A DNA stretch of 64,000 nucleotides from Candidatus Woesearchaeota archaeon (GCA_964448605.1 CAYUZV010000003.1:33377-97376); one strand, 5' to 3'. Shown: positions 1-7,628, counted from the first letter of the stretch. Notes: generated by a model not told the origin, from the letters alone. Translations and numbers: made by a program.

Positions 1-78
1 ATTTGGTTGGAGGGTGGTCGGGTGAAAATGGAAGATAAGGCAGATGAAGTTGTTAAGGAGTATTTGAAGGAGAAGTAA
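1..78 (+). CDS. 3' end of a probable ABC transporter ATP-binding protein (Wzt-like), truncated by the window edge
   Basis: Frame 1 reads IWLEGGRVKMEDKADEVVKEYLKEK*, resembling the C-terminal end of ABC ATPase domains; it lies next to glycosyltransferases. Confidence 0.4.
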   Translation: MWLEGGRVKMEDKADEVVKEYLKEK

Positions 79-967
79 GGGTTTTGTATTTAAAATAACC
101 TTTTATTAATCCAATTCTCCAAAAGATTCCAGTTATTGTTTCATAAATTAGTTCAGAAGGGTTTTTTTGAAGGATTTTTTTTATTTTATAGGGTTTAAAT
201 AATTTTAGATTATCTTTTTGAGCTGATTTTTTTTTGAAGTTTTTTATGTAAGGATTATTTTTGTGGTCTTTTGTTATTATGTAAGTCCACATTCCTCTGT
301 AAATTTGTTTATTTATTATTTTTTTTAATTTTGAAGAATGAAAATGTTTTACTTTTAAATTTTTTAAAAATTTGACTTTGCAGTTGTGTTTTGCTAATTT
401 AAGGGAAAGGTCAGTATCATTTCCACTTATGTATTTTCTTGAAGAGTATCCTATTTTTTTTAGAGTGTTTTTTTTAATTGCAAAGTTTTTTGTGTCTATC
501 ATTCCAGGAATGTTTTCTTTTTCTAATGTTATTATATTTGTGTATTTTTTTTCAGATTGAATTTGGTGTTGAATTGACCAAAAATCATTTGATATATTTT
601 TTTGAAATCCCTGAACTGCATCAAAATTTTCATTTTGCAAGGGTTTGATTATGTTGTTAATCCAATTTTTAGGTAGAATGCAATCTGAATCTGTCATTAG
701 GATTATTTCTTCTTTTGCAGATTTTTCGCCTGTGTTTCTTGCAGGACCTCTTCCTTTTTGTTTTTCAAAAAGATATTTGATTTTTTTTGATTTTTTTTGA
801 AAATTTTTAATTATTTTTTTTGTGTTGTCTGTTGAGTTGTTGTCTACAAGGATTAATTCGTAATTTTTGTAAGACTGGTTAAGAATTGAATTTATGCAAG
901 GGATAATTGTTTTTTCTGCATTGTATATTGGAATTATAATTGATATTTTAGGATTGTTTGATTGCAT
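53..967 (-). CDS. Glycosyltransferase family 2
   Basis: ISIIIPIYN, LILVDNNSTDNT, GRGPARNTG and MTDSD (DxD) motifs. Confidence 0.9.
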   Translation of the reverse strand: MQSNNPKISIIIPIYNAEKTIIPCINSILNQSYKNYELILVDNNSTDNTKKIIKNFQKKSKKIKYLFEKQKGRGPARNTGEKSAKEEIILMTDSDCILPKNWINNIIKPLQNENFDAVQGFQKNISNDFWSIQHQIQSEKKYTNIITLEKENIPGMIDTKNFAIKKNTLKKIGYSSRKYISGNDTDLSLKLAKHNCKVKFLKNLKVKHFHSSKLKKIINKQIYRGMWTYIITKDHKNNPYIKNFKKKSAQKDNLKLFKPYKIKKILQKNPSELIYETITGIFWRIGLIKGYFKYKTLTSPSNTP

Positions 968-2054
968 TTTGAATTTCTTGTTTGATTTTTTTTATGAATT
1001 TTTTTGTGTCGAATTTTTTTGCTTGGTTTATGCAAGCATTTTTGTATTTTATTGGGTTTTTGTTTATTATTTTTATTGCTTTTATGATTTTATCTTCATT
1101 TATATTATCTATTAAAATTCCTGTTTTATTGTTTATTATTGATTCTTTGTATCCTCCTTCATTTGGTGCTATTACTGGTTTTCCTGATGCCATTGCTTCG
1201 ACAACATTCATACCGAAATCTTCGTCTTTTGAGGTTGTTAGAAATCCTTTGCATTCTGAATAAAGTTTGATTAGTTGTTTTTCATCAATATTTCCTAATA
1301 AATTAATATTTTTTGGAAGGTTTTTAAGTATTTTTTTTTGGTATTTTTCTGTTCTGTCTCCTGAAGCTATTCCACCTATTATTGTTAAATTTTCATTAGG
1401 AATTTTTTTAAATGCTTTAATCTGCATTTCAATTCTTTTATGAGGATAAATCCTATTTACAGATAAATAATAATTTTTAGGTTTGCTGAATTTTAGTTTA
1501 TTTGTTTCAATTGGTGGGAAAATTGTAGTAGAGTTTCTTTTAAAATATTTTTTAATTCTTTTTTTGACATTTTGGGAGTTTGATATAATTTTGTTTGTGT
1601 GTTTTATATATTTCTCTCCCCATTTTTTGTGCAGATTTGCATATAAATAAAAAATTGGTTTTTCATAAATTTTTAATACTTGTTTATGTTCGTGTTGTTC
1701 GTAGAACATTCTTGTTGGAGTATGGCAATAATAGAGATTGGGTTTGTTTTTTTTTGAAGCAAAAGGAGCCCAGTTTCCTGAAAAAATGAAGAAGTTGTAT
1801 TTTTTTGAAAAATTGCAGGATTTAAAATTGAAAGATGCTTGCAGTTGTTTGAAGGGAGGTATTTTTATTGTATTTCCTAAATTTATGAAATTAATATCCT
1901 GAGAGTTTGTTTTTTTTATTGAATTTTTGTTTAAATTGTTAGTTATTAAATCTGCTTTAAGATTTCTTGCTAAGGTTATTGCAACTTTTTCTCCTCCTCC
2001 TATTGAATCAAAAAAGTCGTGGAAAATTGCTATTTTTAGATTTTGTGGTTTCAT
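948..2054 (-). CDS. Glycosyltransferase family 4 (GT-B fold)
   Basis: GGGEKV N-terminal motif, YYCHTP, and EDFGMNVVEAMASGKPVI C-terminal motif. Confidence 0.9.
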   Translation of the reverse strand: MKPQNLKIAIFHDFFDSIGGGEKVAITLARNLKADLITNNLNKNSIKKTNSQDINFINLGNTIKIPPFKQLQASFNFKSCNFSKKYNFFIFSGNWAPFASKKNKPNLYYCHTPTRMFYEQHEHKQVLKIYEKPIFYLYANLHKKWGEKYIKHTNKIISNSQNVKKRIKKYFKRNSTTIFPPIETNKLKFSKPKNYYLSVNRIYPHKRIEMQIKAFKKIPNENLTIIGGIASGDRTEKYQKKILKNLPKNINLLGNIDEKQLIKLYSECKGFLTTSKDEDFGMNVVEAMASGKPVIAPNEGGYKESIINNKTGILIDNINEDKIIKAIKIINKNPIKYKNACINQAKKFDTKKFIKKIKQEIQNAIKQS

Positions 2055-3220
2055 TTTTCTTTAATTCCTAAAATGCTTATCATAAATGATGAGAATATTG
2101 TTTGAATTCCTATGATTAGAAGTGTTGAGCCGATTATTAGGTTTTTGATTTGGTCTAATGAACTGAAGTTTGCATTTATCCATTTGATTAGAACATAGAT
2201 GTAGATTATTGCTCCTGTTAAAAGGATTAGTCCTCCTGTTATGATTGAGTTTTCAATTGTGATGTAATTGAAGATTTTTTTAAGTGGTGAGTTTTCGTTT
2301 AAGTGGTTTATTGCATAGATTTTTGCAAACATTGAGAAAATTATGAGTTGGTAGCCAGTGATTATGAATAAGGAGGAGAGGAAAAGGGGGTGGGTGTGGA
2401 GGGTTATTCCAAATACTTTTGCTGTTCCAAAATAAATCCATAGCATTGTTATTGTTCCTAATAGGAAAAGGATTAAACCTGGTATAAAAAAAAGAAATAA
2501 AGGTGAGTAGAGAAGCATAAATCTCATGTGTCTCCATGCATCTGGAAAGGATTTGAGTTTGGATTTTCCAATTCTTTTATGGTAGTTTATTGGAATTTGT
2601 TTTATTTTTAGTTTGTTTTTAAGTGCTTTGATAACCATTTCTGATGCAAATTCCATTCCTGTTGTTTGAAGGTTTAATTTTTTTAGTGATTCTGTTTTAA
2701 TTGCTCTCATTCCAGAATGAGAATCTTTGATTTTTGCTTTGAAAAATAATCTTAGAATTCCTGAGAGAATTGGGTTTCCTATGTGTTGGTGAGACCAGGG
2801 CATTGCATTTTTGTCTATTTTTCCTTTAAATCTGTTTCCAATTACAAAATCATATCCTTGTTTTAGTGCATTGAGGAATTTAGGTATTTCATTGAAATCA
2901 TAAGTTCCATCGCAGTCTGCTAAGAAGATGTAAGGAGTTTTTATGTGTTTGAATGTTTCTAAATATGCATTTCCATAACCTTCTTTGTCGTGTTTTATTA
3001 AAGTTACATTGTGTTGTTTTGCTATTTCAGGTGAATTGTCTGTTGAAGAGTCTGAAACAATTATTTCTGCTTTAATGTTATTGTTTTTTAAGGTTTGTTT
3101 TATTTGAGTTAGAACAGAAGGAAGTGCTTTTTCTTCATTTCTGCAAGGGAGAATAATAGTTAGTTCTGGTTTTGTTGTTAGTATTTGGTTTAGTATTTTT
3201 TCTGTGTTGAAATTTTCCAT
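2051..3220 (-). CDS. GT2 dolichol-phosphate mannosyltransferase-like protein with C-terminal transmembrane helices
   Basis: IILPCRNEE, VSDSSTDNS, GYGNA, ADCDGTY and DFVIGNRF motifs; hydrophobic C-terminal third. Confidence 0.85.
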   Translation of the reverse strand: MENFNTEKILNQILTTKPELTIILPCRNEEKALPSVLTQIKQTLKNNNIKAEIIVSDSSTDNSPEIAKQHNVTLIKHDKEGYGNAYLETFKHIKTPYIFLADCDGTYDFNEIPKFLNALKQGYDFVIGNRFKGKIDKNAMPWSHQHIGNPILSGILRLFFKAKIKDSHSGMRAIKTESLKKLNLQTTGMEFASEMVIKALKNKLKIKQIPINYHKRIGKSKLKSFPDAWRHMRFMLLYSPLFLFFIPGLILFLLGTITMLWIYFGTAKVFGITLHTHPLFLSSLFIITGYQLIIFSMFAKIYAINHLNENSPLKKIFNYITIENSIITGGLILLTGAIIYIYVLIKWINANFSSLDQIKNLIIGSTLLIIGIQTIFSSFMISILGIKEK

Positions 3221-3302
3221 GATTTTATAATGTTTTTTGGTTTATATTTTTTGTTGTGGGGTGATGATGGTTTTTGTTTAAAATTAGGTAGTATCGCCAA
3301 CC

Positions 3303-3431
3303 TAATTTTTTAATACAGAAATAAATCTCCATTATTTATAATGGAGTTGGAGATTGATTTCTGTCCTCACCAAATCCAAAACAAACTCTCCACTTTAGTT
3401 TGGAGTTCAATCCGAAGGATTTGGTGATTTT
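3303..3431. mobile_element. Palindromic dispersed repeat, copy 1 (IS200/IS605-end-like, non-autonomous)
   Basis: Near-identical to 46695-46824. Nested inverted repeats TCACCAAATCC/GGATTTGGTGA and ACAGAAAT..AATCTCC/GGAGATT..ATTTCTGT; inner stem with a CTTTAG loop region. Confidence 0.65.
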
Positions 3432-3546
3432 ATAGGTAATTGATGAATGTTTTTAAGATGATTTTTTGGAGGTATTTCTTGAATTGTTGTCAAACGAGGA
3501 TTTAGGAGGGATTTTGCTGGTTTTTGGAAATAAACAAAAAAATTTA

Positions 3547-3568
3547 TAAGTAAGAATTTTCTTACTTA
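3547..3568. promoter_or_regulatory. Operator-like perfect inverted repeat next to the TATA box of the AbrB-family gene
   Basis: TAAGTAAGAA-TT-TTCTTACTTA directly after AAAAAATTTATA and 3 nt before the ATG at 3572. Confidence 0.6.
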
Positions 3569-3571
3569 GAT

Positions 3572-3853
3572 ATGGAAAATAATTTTATTAAAAATTTAAA
3601 AATATCTGATAAAGGGCAAATTTCTATCCCTAATTTTGTAAGGCAAAAATTGGGTATTCACAGAGGGGATAATTTGGTTTTGTTTGAAGTAGATGGTAAA
3701 ATTTTAATTGAAAAACAGCAGAGGGTATTGGATAAAATGAAGTATGATTTTAAAGATATTTTGCATTTTTCAGAACATTCATTGAGAGAGATTTGGGATA
3801 ATTCTGAAGATGAAATTTGGAGTCAGTATTTAGAAGATGAGGATGTATGTTAA
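3572..3853 (+). CDS. AbrB/MazE/SpoVT-family antitoxin
   Basis: KISDKGQISIPNFVRQKLGIHRGDNLVLF swapped-hairpin motif; acidic SLREIWDNSEDEIW tail typical of PemK/MazF partners. Confidence 0.8.
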   Translation: MENNFIKNLKISDKGQISIPNFVRQKLGIHRGDNLVLFEVDGKILIEKQQRVLDKMKYDFKDILHFSEHSLREIWDNSEDEIWSQYLEDEDVC

Positions 3854-3953
3854 TCAAAAAGAGATTGTTTTGTTAGATTATCCTTTTTCAAATTTAAAGG
3901 GAACTAAAGCCAACAAATGCTGGAATTTTGTTATTTGGAAAGAATCCTGGTGA
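3843..3953 (+). pseudogene. Truncated PemK/MazF toxin (N-terminal ~22 aa only)
   Basis: Overlaps the antitoxin stop. Reads MYVNQKEIVLLDYPFSNLKGTK, matching the MazF start (xIVLxxFPFSDxxxxKxRP), then breaks just before the catalytic RP and stops at 3953. Confidence 0.7.
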
Positions 3954-6873
3954 ATTTTTTCCAAGGAGTTATATTACTATTGCAAGGTATCCTGGAAAAG
4001 ATGTGGGTATTGCTTATTTGGAGCTTAAAGATATTGAAGGGAATTTGTTTGAGATTATTGATAATTCTGAAAAATATATTCAAGAGCATACTGAAAGTTT
4101 TTATATGTTAAAAGAAGGGCAAATAGAGAGGAAGAGAGTGCCTCAATATCCTGATTTTGTTATTAGGGAATTGATTGTTAATGCTGTTGCACATAGGGAT
4201 TATAGAATTATGGGTTCAAAAACTTTGATTAAAATGTTTAAAGATAGGATTGAGTTTGATTCTCCAGGAGGTTTTGGAGGTGATGTTAATGAGAAGAATA
4301 TCTTATATAAACAATATACTCGGAATCCTGTTATTGCAAGAATTTTGAATAAAATTAGATATATTGAGGATATGGGGGAGGGATGGAATAGAATAATTGA
4401 TGTAATTGATAATTATGAGCTGGATTTTAAGAAAAAACCTGAAGTTAAGGGAGATACAAGGGTTGTTGTTACACTTTATCCTGGAAGTAGTGAGGTTGAG
4501 AATAAAGAGAAAAAGGGGGAGAAAGTTGAAGAAACTACCCAGAAAACTACCCAGAAAACTACCCAGAAAATTATTAATTTGATAAAAGAGAATCCTAAGA
4601 TTACAAGAAAAGAATTATCAATTATTATTGGATTAAGTGAGGATGGAATAAAATATAATCTTAATAGACTTAAAGCTGAAGGATTGTTAAAAAGAATTGG
4701 TTCTGATAAGGGTGGTTATTGGGAGATTGTTGGAGATTTGAAGGAGAAGAAAAAGAAATCTGGTTTAAGTGGTGTTAATTTGTTTTTGATTTTGGGAATA
4801 GGGTTGTTGTTAGTTTTGAGCAGTATGATTGGAGTTAGGGGGATTGGTGATTCTGGTTTTGAGTTGATTAAAATTTCTGATATTTATGAGGGTGTTTTAG
4901 ATGGCAGGGTTAATGTTAGTGAATTAGTTTTATTGTATGAGTGTGAGGAAGTTAGGATTAAGAGTATTGAAGATTTAGGGGGTGGGGATTATAAGGTGAT
5001 TGTTGAGGGGGAAGATATTGATGAATTGCAAGGTGAGAGTGAGGGTGGGAGATGTTTTATTAGAGGGGTTGGGAGGTGGGTGGAGGAGGATTATGATTTA
5101 ATTGCTGGAGTAGATTTTGAAGATTCAGAAAGAACAAGTTCCTCTGACTCTTCAAAACCTTTAATTGCTGGAGTAGATTTTGAAGATTCAGAAAGAAATG
5201 GGGTGGTGAGTGTGGGAGATATTATTTATTTAGACCCAACAATAACAATAGATGAATTTAAAACAAGTGAGTCAATAGACACTAACATAACTCAAGAGAA
5301 TAATTATTCTCATTTGGATATTTCAGATGTTGCACCTTATGATAGTTTAATTGGTTATTGGAGTTTTGATGATAATGTTTCAGGGTGTTATGATAGTGAG
5401 ACAGAGATTTTGAGTTTAGAAGAAGTTGATTGTGTTGGAGAGTATGATTATGTTGAGATTGACGGGAAGTTGATTGAGGTTAATTCTTCCACTATCCTTT
5501 TCTATGATGAATTAGAAGATAATTTGAATGATGAATATATTGGTAACTTGATACAGGGGAGGAGGGGAGGGGTGGAAGATAATTATAATGAGCAAAACGA
5601 GAGTTGTTTAGATTTATCAGGTTTTGATAAAAAATGCTATGTTAAAAAATGGAAGTATTTTTATGAGTTAGAGAATGGTGAGAGGGTTATGACTTTGGAT
5701 GGTGAGAGAGGGGAGAGTGAATGGGAGGTTCCTATGGAGAGGCAGGTTTTTGATAATAGGGAGTTGGGTGGGGAGATGTATAGAATTGAAATGGTTGATA
5801 GCAGTGGTGATGTTGGTGAGTTAGTTGTTAGTGAAAAGCATAAGGTTTATGCTTCTAAAAATTCTTTAAGTTCTTTAGTTGCAAATACTTCTCTAACTGA
5901 TTGTTCTTTAAGATGTGGGTCTTCGGACCAAATCGGGCAGTTAAGTTTTAATGCTAGTGCAAGATATGGAGCATCATTAGGATCTGAAATTAATGATTTA
6001 GCCCAGTTTAATTGTTGTGGAGAAAATTTAAGTTTTAAGTTAATTAATTTTGATAATATTTCTTTTATTCTTTCAAATTTTTCAGTGGATACATTTAGCA
6101 ATTCACAAAGTTCTTCAGAATGTTTTTCTAATTCATTTAATATGAATTTGTGTGAATATAATTCTAAAGAATATTCTTTGGTTAATGTTCTTGTAAAGGA
6201 TTCTTTTTTTAATAGTGAAAAAGCTATGTTAGCATCAATTACTAATTTCATCTATTGTCCTCCCGGGTGTTTTGTAAATCTTTCTTTAACAAGTTTAGCA
6301 AATCTTAAACAATCCTCATCTGTTAGTTTGCTGTCTTTGGTTAATTCTTCAAGTTCTTCAAATAATTTTGATTTTTCATTTTGTAAAAGTATTTCTCGTC
6401 TTGCAAGTTCAGACCAGTTAACCCAAGAAAATTCTTTCATTTCAGATTTGAGTTTATCAGGAACAGAAAAAGTTACAGATGCCATTTATAATTTACCTCT
6501 TTCTAGTTTTTTTAATTGCTCTATTTTTGAGGATATCATTTTTCTAAATACTTCAGACCATTTAATTTTAGGATGCTTGTCTATTTTGGATTTTAATTCT
6601 TCTGGAATTGATAATGTTACGGTTGCCATTTTAACTTTTAATAATTATGTTAGTGAACATAAATATGTTGATATTTATAAATCTTTTGGTTTAAGAAAGA
6701 TTGAAGAAGTAAATAATGATTTTAATAAAGGTGAGGAGGTTTGGTTTATGGATTCTGATGGGGAGTTGGTTGAGGTTAAAGATATTGAGAAAGTTGATTA
6801 TTTCGGAAAGATTTATGATGTTGATGTTGAGAATGATATTGTGTTGGTGAGGAGGATGTTTCTTTTGAATTAG
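3928..6873 (+). CDS. Composite 981-aa ORF: truncated RecG-C/HATPase_c_4-like + HTH fragment, signal/TM segment, LamG-like start, intein-like Hint domain with nested antisense cargo
   Basis: The frame is open from PTNAGILLFGKNP (3910) but has no convincing start. IRELIVNAVAHRDY..IEFDSPGG..RNPVIA..IEDMGEG; HTH ITRKELS..LKRIGSDKGGYWEI; hydrophobic LFLILGIGLLLVLSS; DSLIGYWSFDD; then Hint motifs. Confidence 0.6.
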   Translation: MLFGKNPGEFFPRSYITIARYPGKDVGIAYLELKDIEGNLFEIIDNSEKYIQEHTESFYMLKEGQIERKRVPQYPDFVIRELIVNAVAHRDYRIMGSKTLIKMFKDRIEFDSPGGFGGDVNEKNILYKQYTRNPVIARILNKIRYIEDMGEGWNRIIDVIDNYELDFKKKPEVKGDTRVVVTLYPGSSEVENKEKKGEKVEETTQKTTQKTTQKIINLIKENPKITRKELSIIIGLSEDGIKYNLNRLKAEGLLKRIGSDKGGYWEIVGDLKEKKKKSGLSGVNLFLILGIGLLLVLSSMIGVRGIGDSGFELIKISDIYEGVLDGRVNVSELVLLYECEEVRIKSIEDLGGGDYKVIVEGEDIDELQGESEGGRCFIRGVGRWVEEDYDLIAGVDFEDSERTSSSDSSKPLIAGVDFEDSERNGVVSVGDIIYLDPTITIDEFKTSESIDTNITQENNYSHLDISDVAPYDSLIGYWSFDDNVSGCYDSETEILSLEEVDCVGEYDYVEIDGKLIEVNSSTILFYDELEDNLNDEYIGNLIQGRRGGVEDNYNEQNESCLDLSGFDKKCYVKKWKYFYELENGERVMTLDGERGESEWEVPMERQVFDNRELGGEMYRIEMVDSSGDVGELVVSEKHKVYASKNSLSSLVANTSLTDCSLRCGSSDQIGQLSFNASARYGASLGSEINDLAQFNCCGENLSFKLINFDNISFILSNFSVDTFSNSQSSSECFSNSFNMNLCEYNSKEYSLVNVLVKDSFFNSEKAMLASITNFIYCPPGCFVNLSLTSLANLKQSSSVSLLSLVNSSSSSNNFDFSFCKSISRLASSDQLTQENSFISDLSLSGTEKVTDAIYNLPLSSFFNCSIFEDIIFLNTSDHLILGCLSILDFNSSGIDNVTVAILTFNNYVSEHKYVDIYKSFGLRKIEEVNNDFNKGEEVWFMDSDGELVEVKDIEKVDYFGKIYDVDVENDIVLVRRMFLLN
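4534..4569 (+). repeat. Tandem repeat (ACTACCCAGAAA)x3 encoding TTQK x3
   Basis: Three exact 12-bp units in the linker before the HTH. Confidence 0.9.
5097..5197 (+). repeat. 38-bp direct repeat with 63-bp period (LIAGVDFEDSER x2)
   Basis: TTTAATTGCTGGAGTAGATTTTGAAGATTCAGAAAGAA at 5097-5134 and 5160-5197. Confidence 0.9.
5847..6251 (-). CDS. PIN-domain (VapC-like) toxin nested antisense in the Hint domain
   Basis: LVIDANI, LNELEKH, DPNDAPYLALAL and IWSEDPHL give the PIN acidic tetrad; SD-like GGAGG upstream. Confidence 0.85.
   Translation of the reverse strand: MKLVIDANIAFSLLKKESFTRTLTKEYSLELYSHKFILNELEKHSEELCELLNVSTEKFERIKEILSKLINLKLKFSPQQLNWAKSLISDPNDAPYLALALKLNCPIWSEDPHLKEQSVREVFATKELKEFLEA
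6252..6485 (-). CDS. Ribbon-helix-helix antitoxin-like protein nested antisense in the Hint domain
   Basis: MASVTFSVPDKLKSEMKEFSWVNWSELARREI (beta strand plus two helices); SD-like GAGGT; its stop abuts the toxin ATG. Confidence 0.8.
   Translation of the reverse strand: MASVTFSVPDKLKSEMKEFSWVNWSELARREILLQNEKSKLFEELEELTKDSKLTDEDCLRFAKLVKERFTKHPGGQ
6486..6629 (-). CDS. Second RHH antitoxin-like protein (47 aa, not in the ORF track)
   Basis: Manual translation MATVTLSIPEELKSKIDKHPKIKWSEVFRKMISSKIEQLKKLERGKL*; paralogous to 6252-6485. Confidence 0.75.
   Translation of the reverse strand: MATVTLSIPEELKSKIDKHPKIKWSEVFRKMISSKIEQLKKLERGKL
6656..6691 (-). promoter_or_regulatory. Archaeal promoter (BRE + TATA) and operator-like palindrome for the nested TA operon
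   Basis: Minus strand AACCAAAAGA-TTTATAAATA (TATA at 6672-6681), then palindrome AACATA-aa-TATGTT (6656-6669), about 45 nt upstream of the ATG at 6629. Confidence 0.6.
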
Positions 6874-7628
6874 AAGGTAATGGAAAAAAGACAATTAACT
6901 TTAGAGTTTTTGGACCTGAAGAGATTGGTGTTTATTCTGGTAAGATTAAGGTTAATGGACAAGAGGTTTTGGTTATTGTTAATATTAAGGAAGAGGATTC
7001 TTTGTTTGATGCTAAGATTGAGATTCCTGGTAATTTTAATAGGATTGGAGAAGGTGAGAGTTTGCCTACTGTTGTGACAATGCTTCCAATGGGTAAGGAA
7101 ACTCGAATGGATATTAGTGTGACTTATGTTGTTAAGGATTTTGATGGAAATGTTTATTTGACAGAAACAGAGACTTTTTTAGTTGATACTAATAGGGTTT
7201 TTAAAAAGGATTTTGATACTTCTGAACTTCCTGAGGGGGATTATTTGGTTGAGATGAATGTTGTTTATCCTAATGGAAATGCTGTTTCAAGTGCTCATTT
7301 TAAGGTTAGAAGAAGTGGAGTTAGTGAGCTTTTGAATTTATTAAAGGGGGTTTGGAGTAAAGCAGTTGAAAATAAGATGATTATAATTATAGGGATAGTA
7401 TGTATTGTTGTTTTGATTCTTTTTGTTTGTTTGTTTAAAAAAATTAAGAGTTTTAAGAATAAGAAGAGAGAAAGTAAGAAAAAAGATTTGAAGAAAAAAC
7501 AGAAGATTAAAGAAGATAAGGATGGTTTTTGGAGCAGGTGGGTAGAGAATAGGAAGAGAAAAAGAGAAGAGAGGAAAAGAAAGAGAGAGGAGAAAAGAAA
7601 AAAGAAAATATTGAGGCAAAGAGATTAA
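6837..7628 (+). pseudogene. C-terminal part of a surface/membrane-anchored protein (Ig-like domains, TM helix, K/R-rich tail), out of frame with the upstream Hint ORF
   Basis: The frame is open from 6837 (EEDVSFELEGNGKKTINFRVFGPEEIGVYSGKIKVNG..) with no ATG start; TM IIIIGIVCIVVLILFVCLF; basic tail. Confidence 0.55.

Larger units (their letters stand above)
5386..6855 (+). other. Intein-like Hint domain with an antisense TA operon at the endonuclease position; C-terminal splice junction missing
   Basis: Block A CYDSETEIL (Cys at 5386), WKYFYEL..GERVMTL, block B LVVSEKHKVY, block F YFGKIYDVDVENDIVLVRR; no terminal xN-[CST] follows. Confidence 0.75.

Noticed and set aside
372-1789. Short + strand ORFs (372, 894, 982, 1595) opposite the glycosyltransferases
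   Set aside because: Phe/Leu/Ile-rich shadows of A-rich minus-strand genes; no motifs.
3917-4111. 64-aa ORF overlapping the composite ORF
   Set aside because: Alternative-frame shadow; the RecG-C-like motifs are in the 3928 frame.
5097-5197. 38-bp direct repeat with a 25-bp spacer as a mini-CRISPR
   Set aside because: Only two units, in frame inside a coding region (63-bp period), with no cas genes; it is a coding duplication.
6880-7077. 65-aa ORF and minus-strand ORFs 6691-6894 and 7341-7634
   Set aside because: The coherent protein is in the 6837-7628 frame; these are shadows with no motifs.
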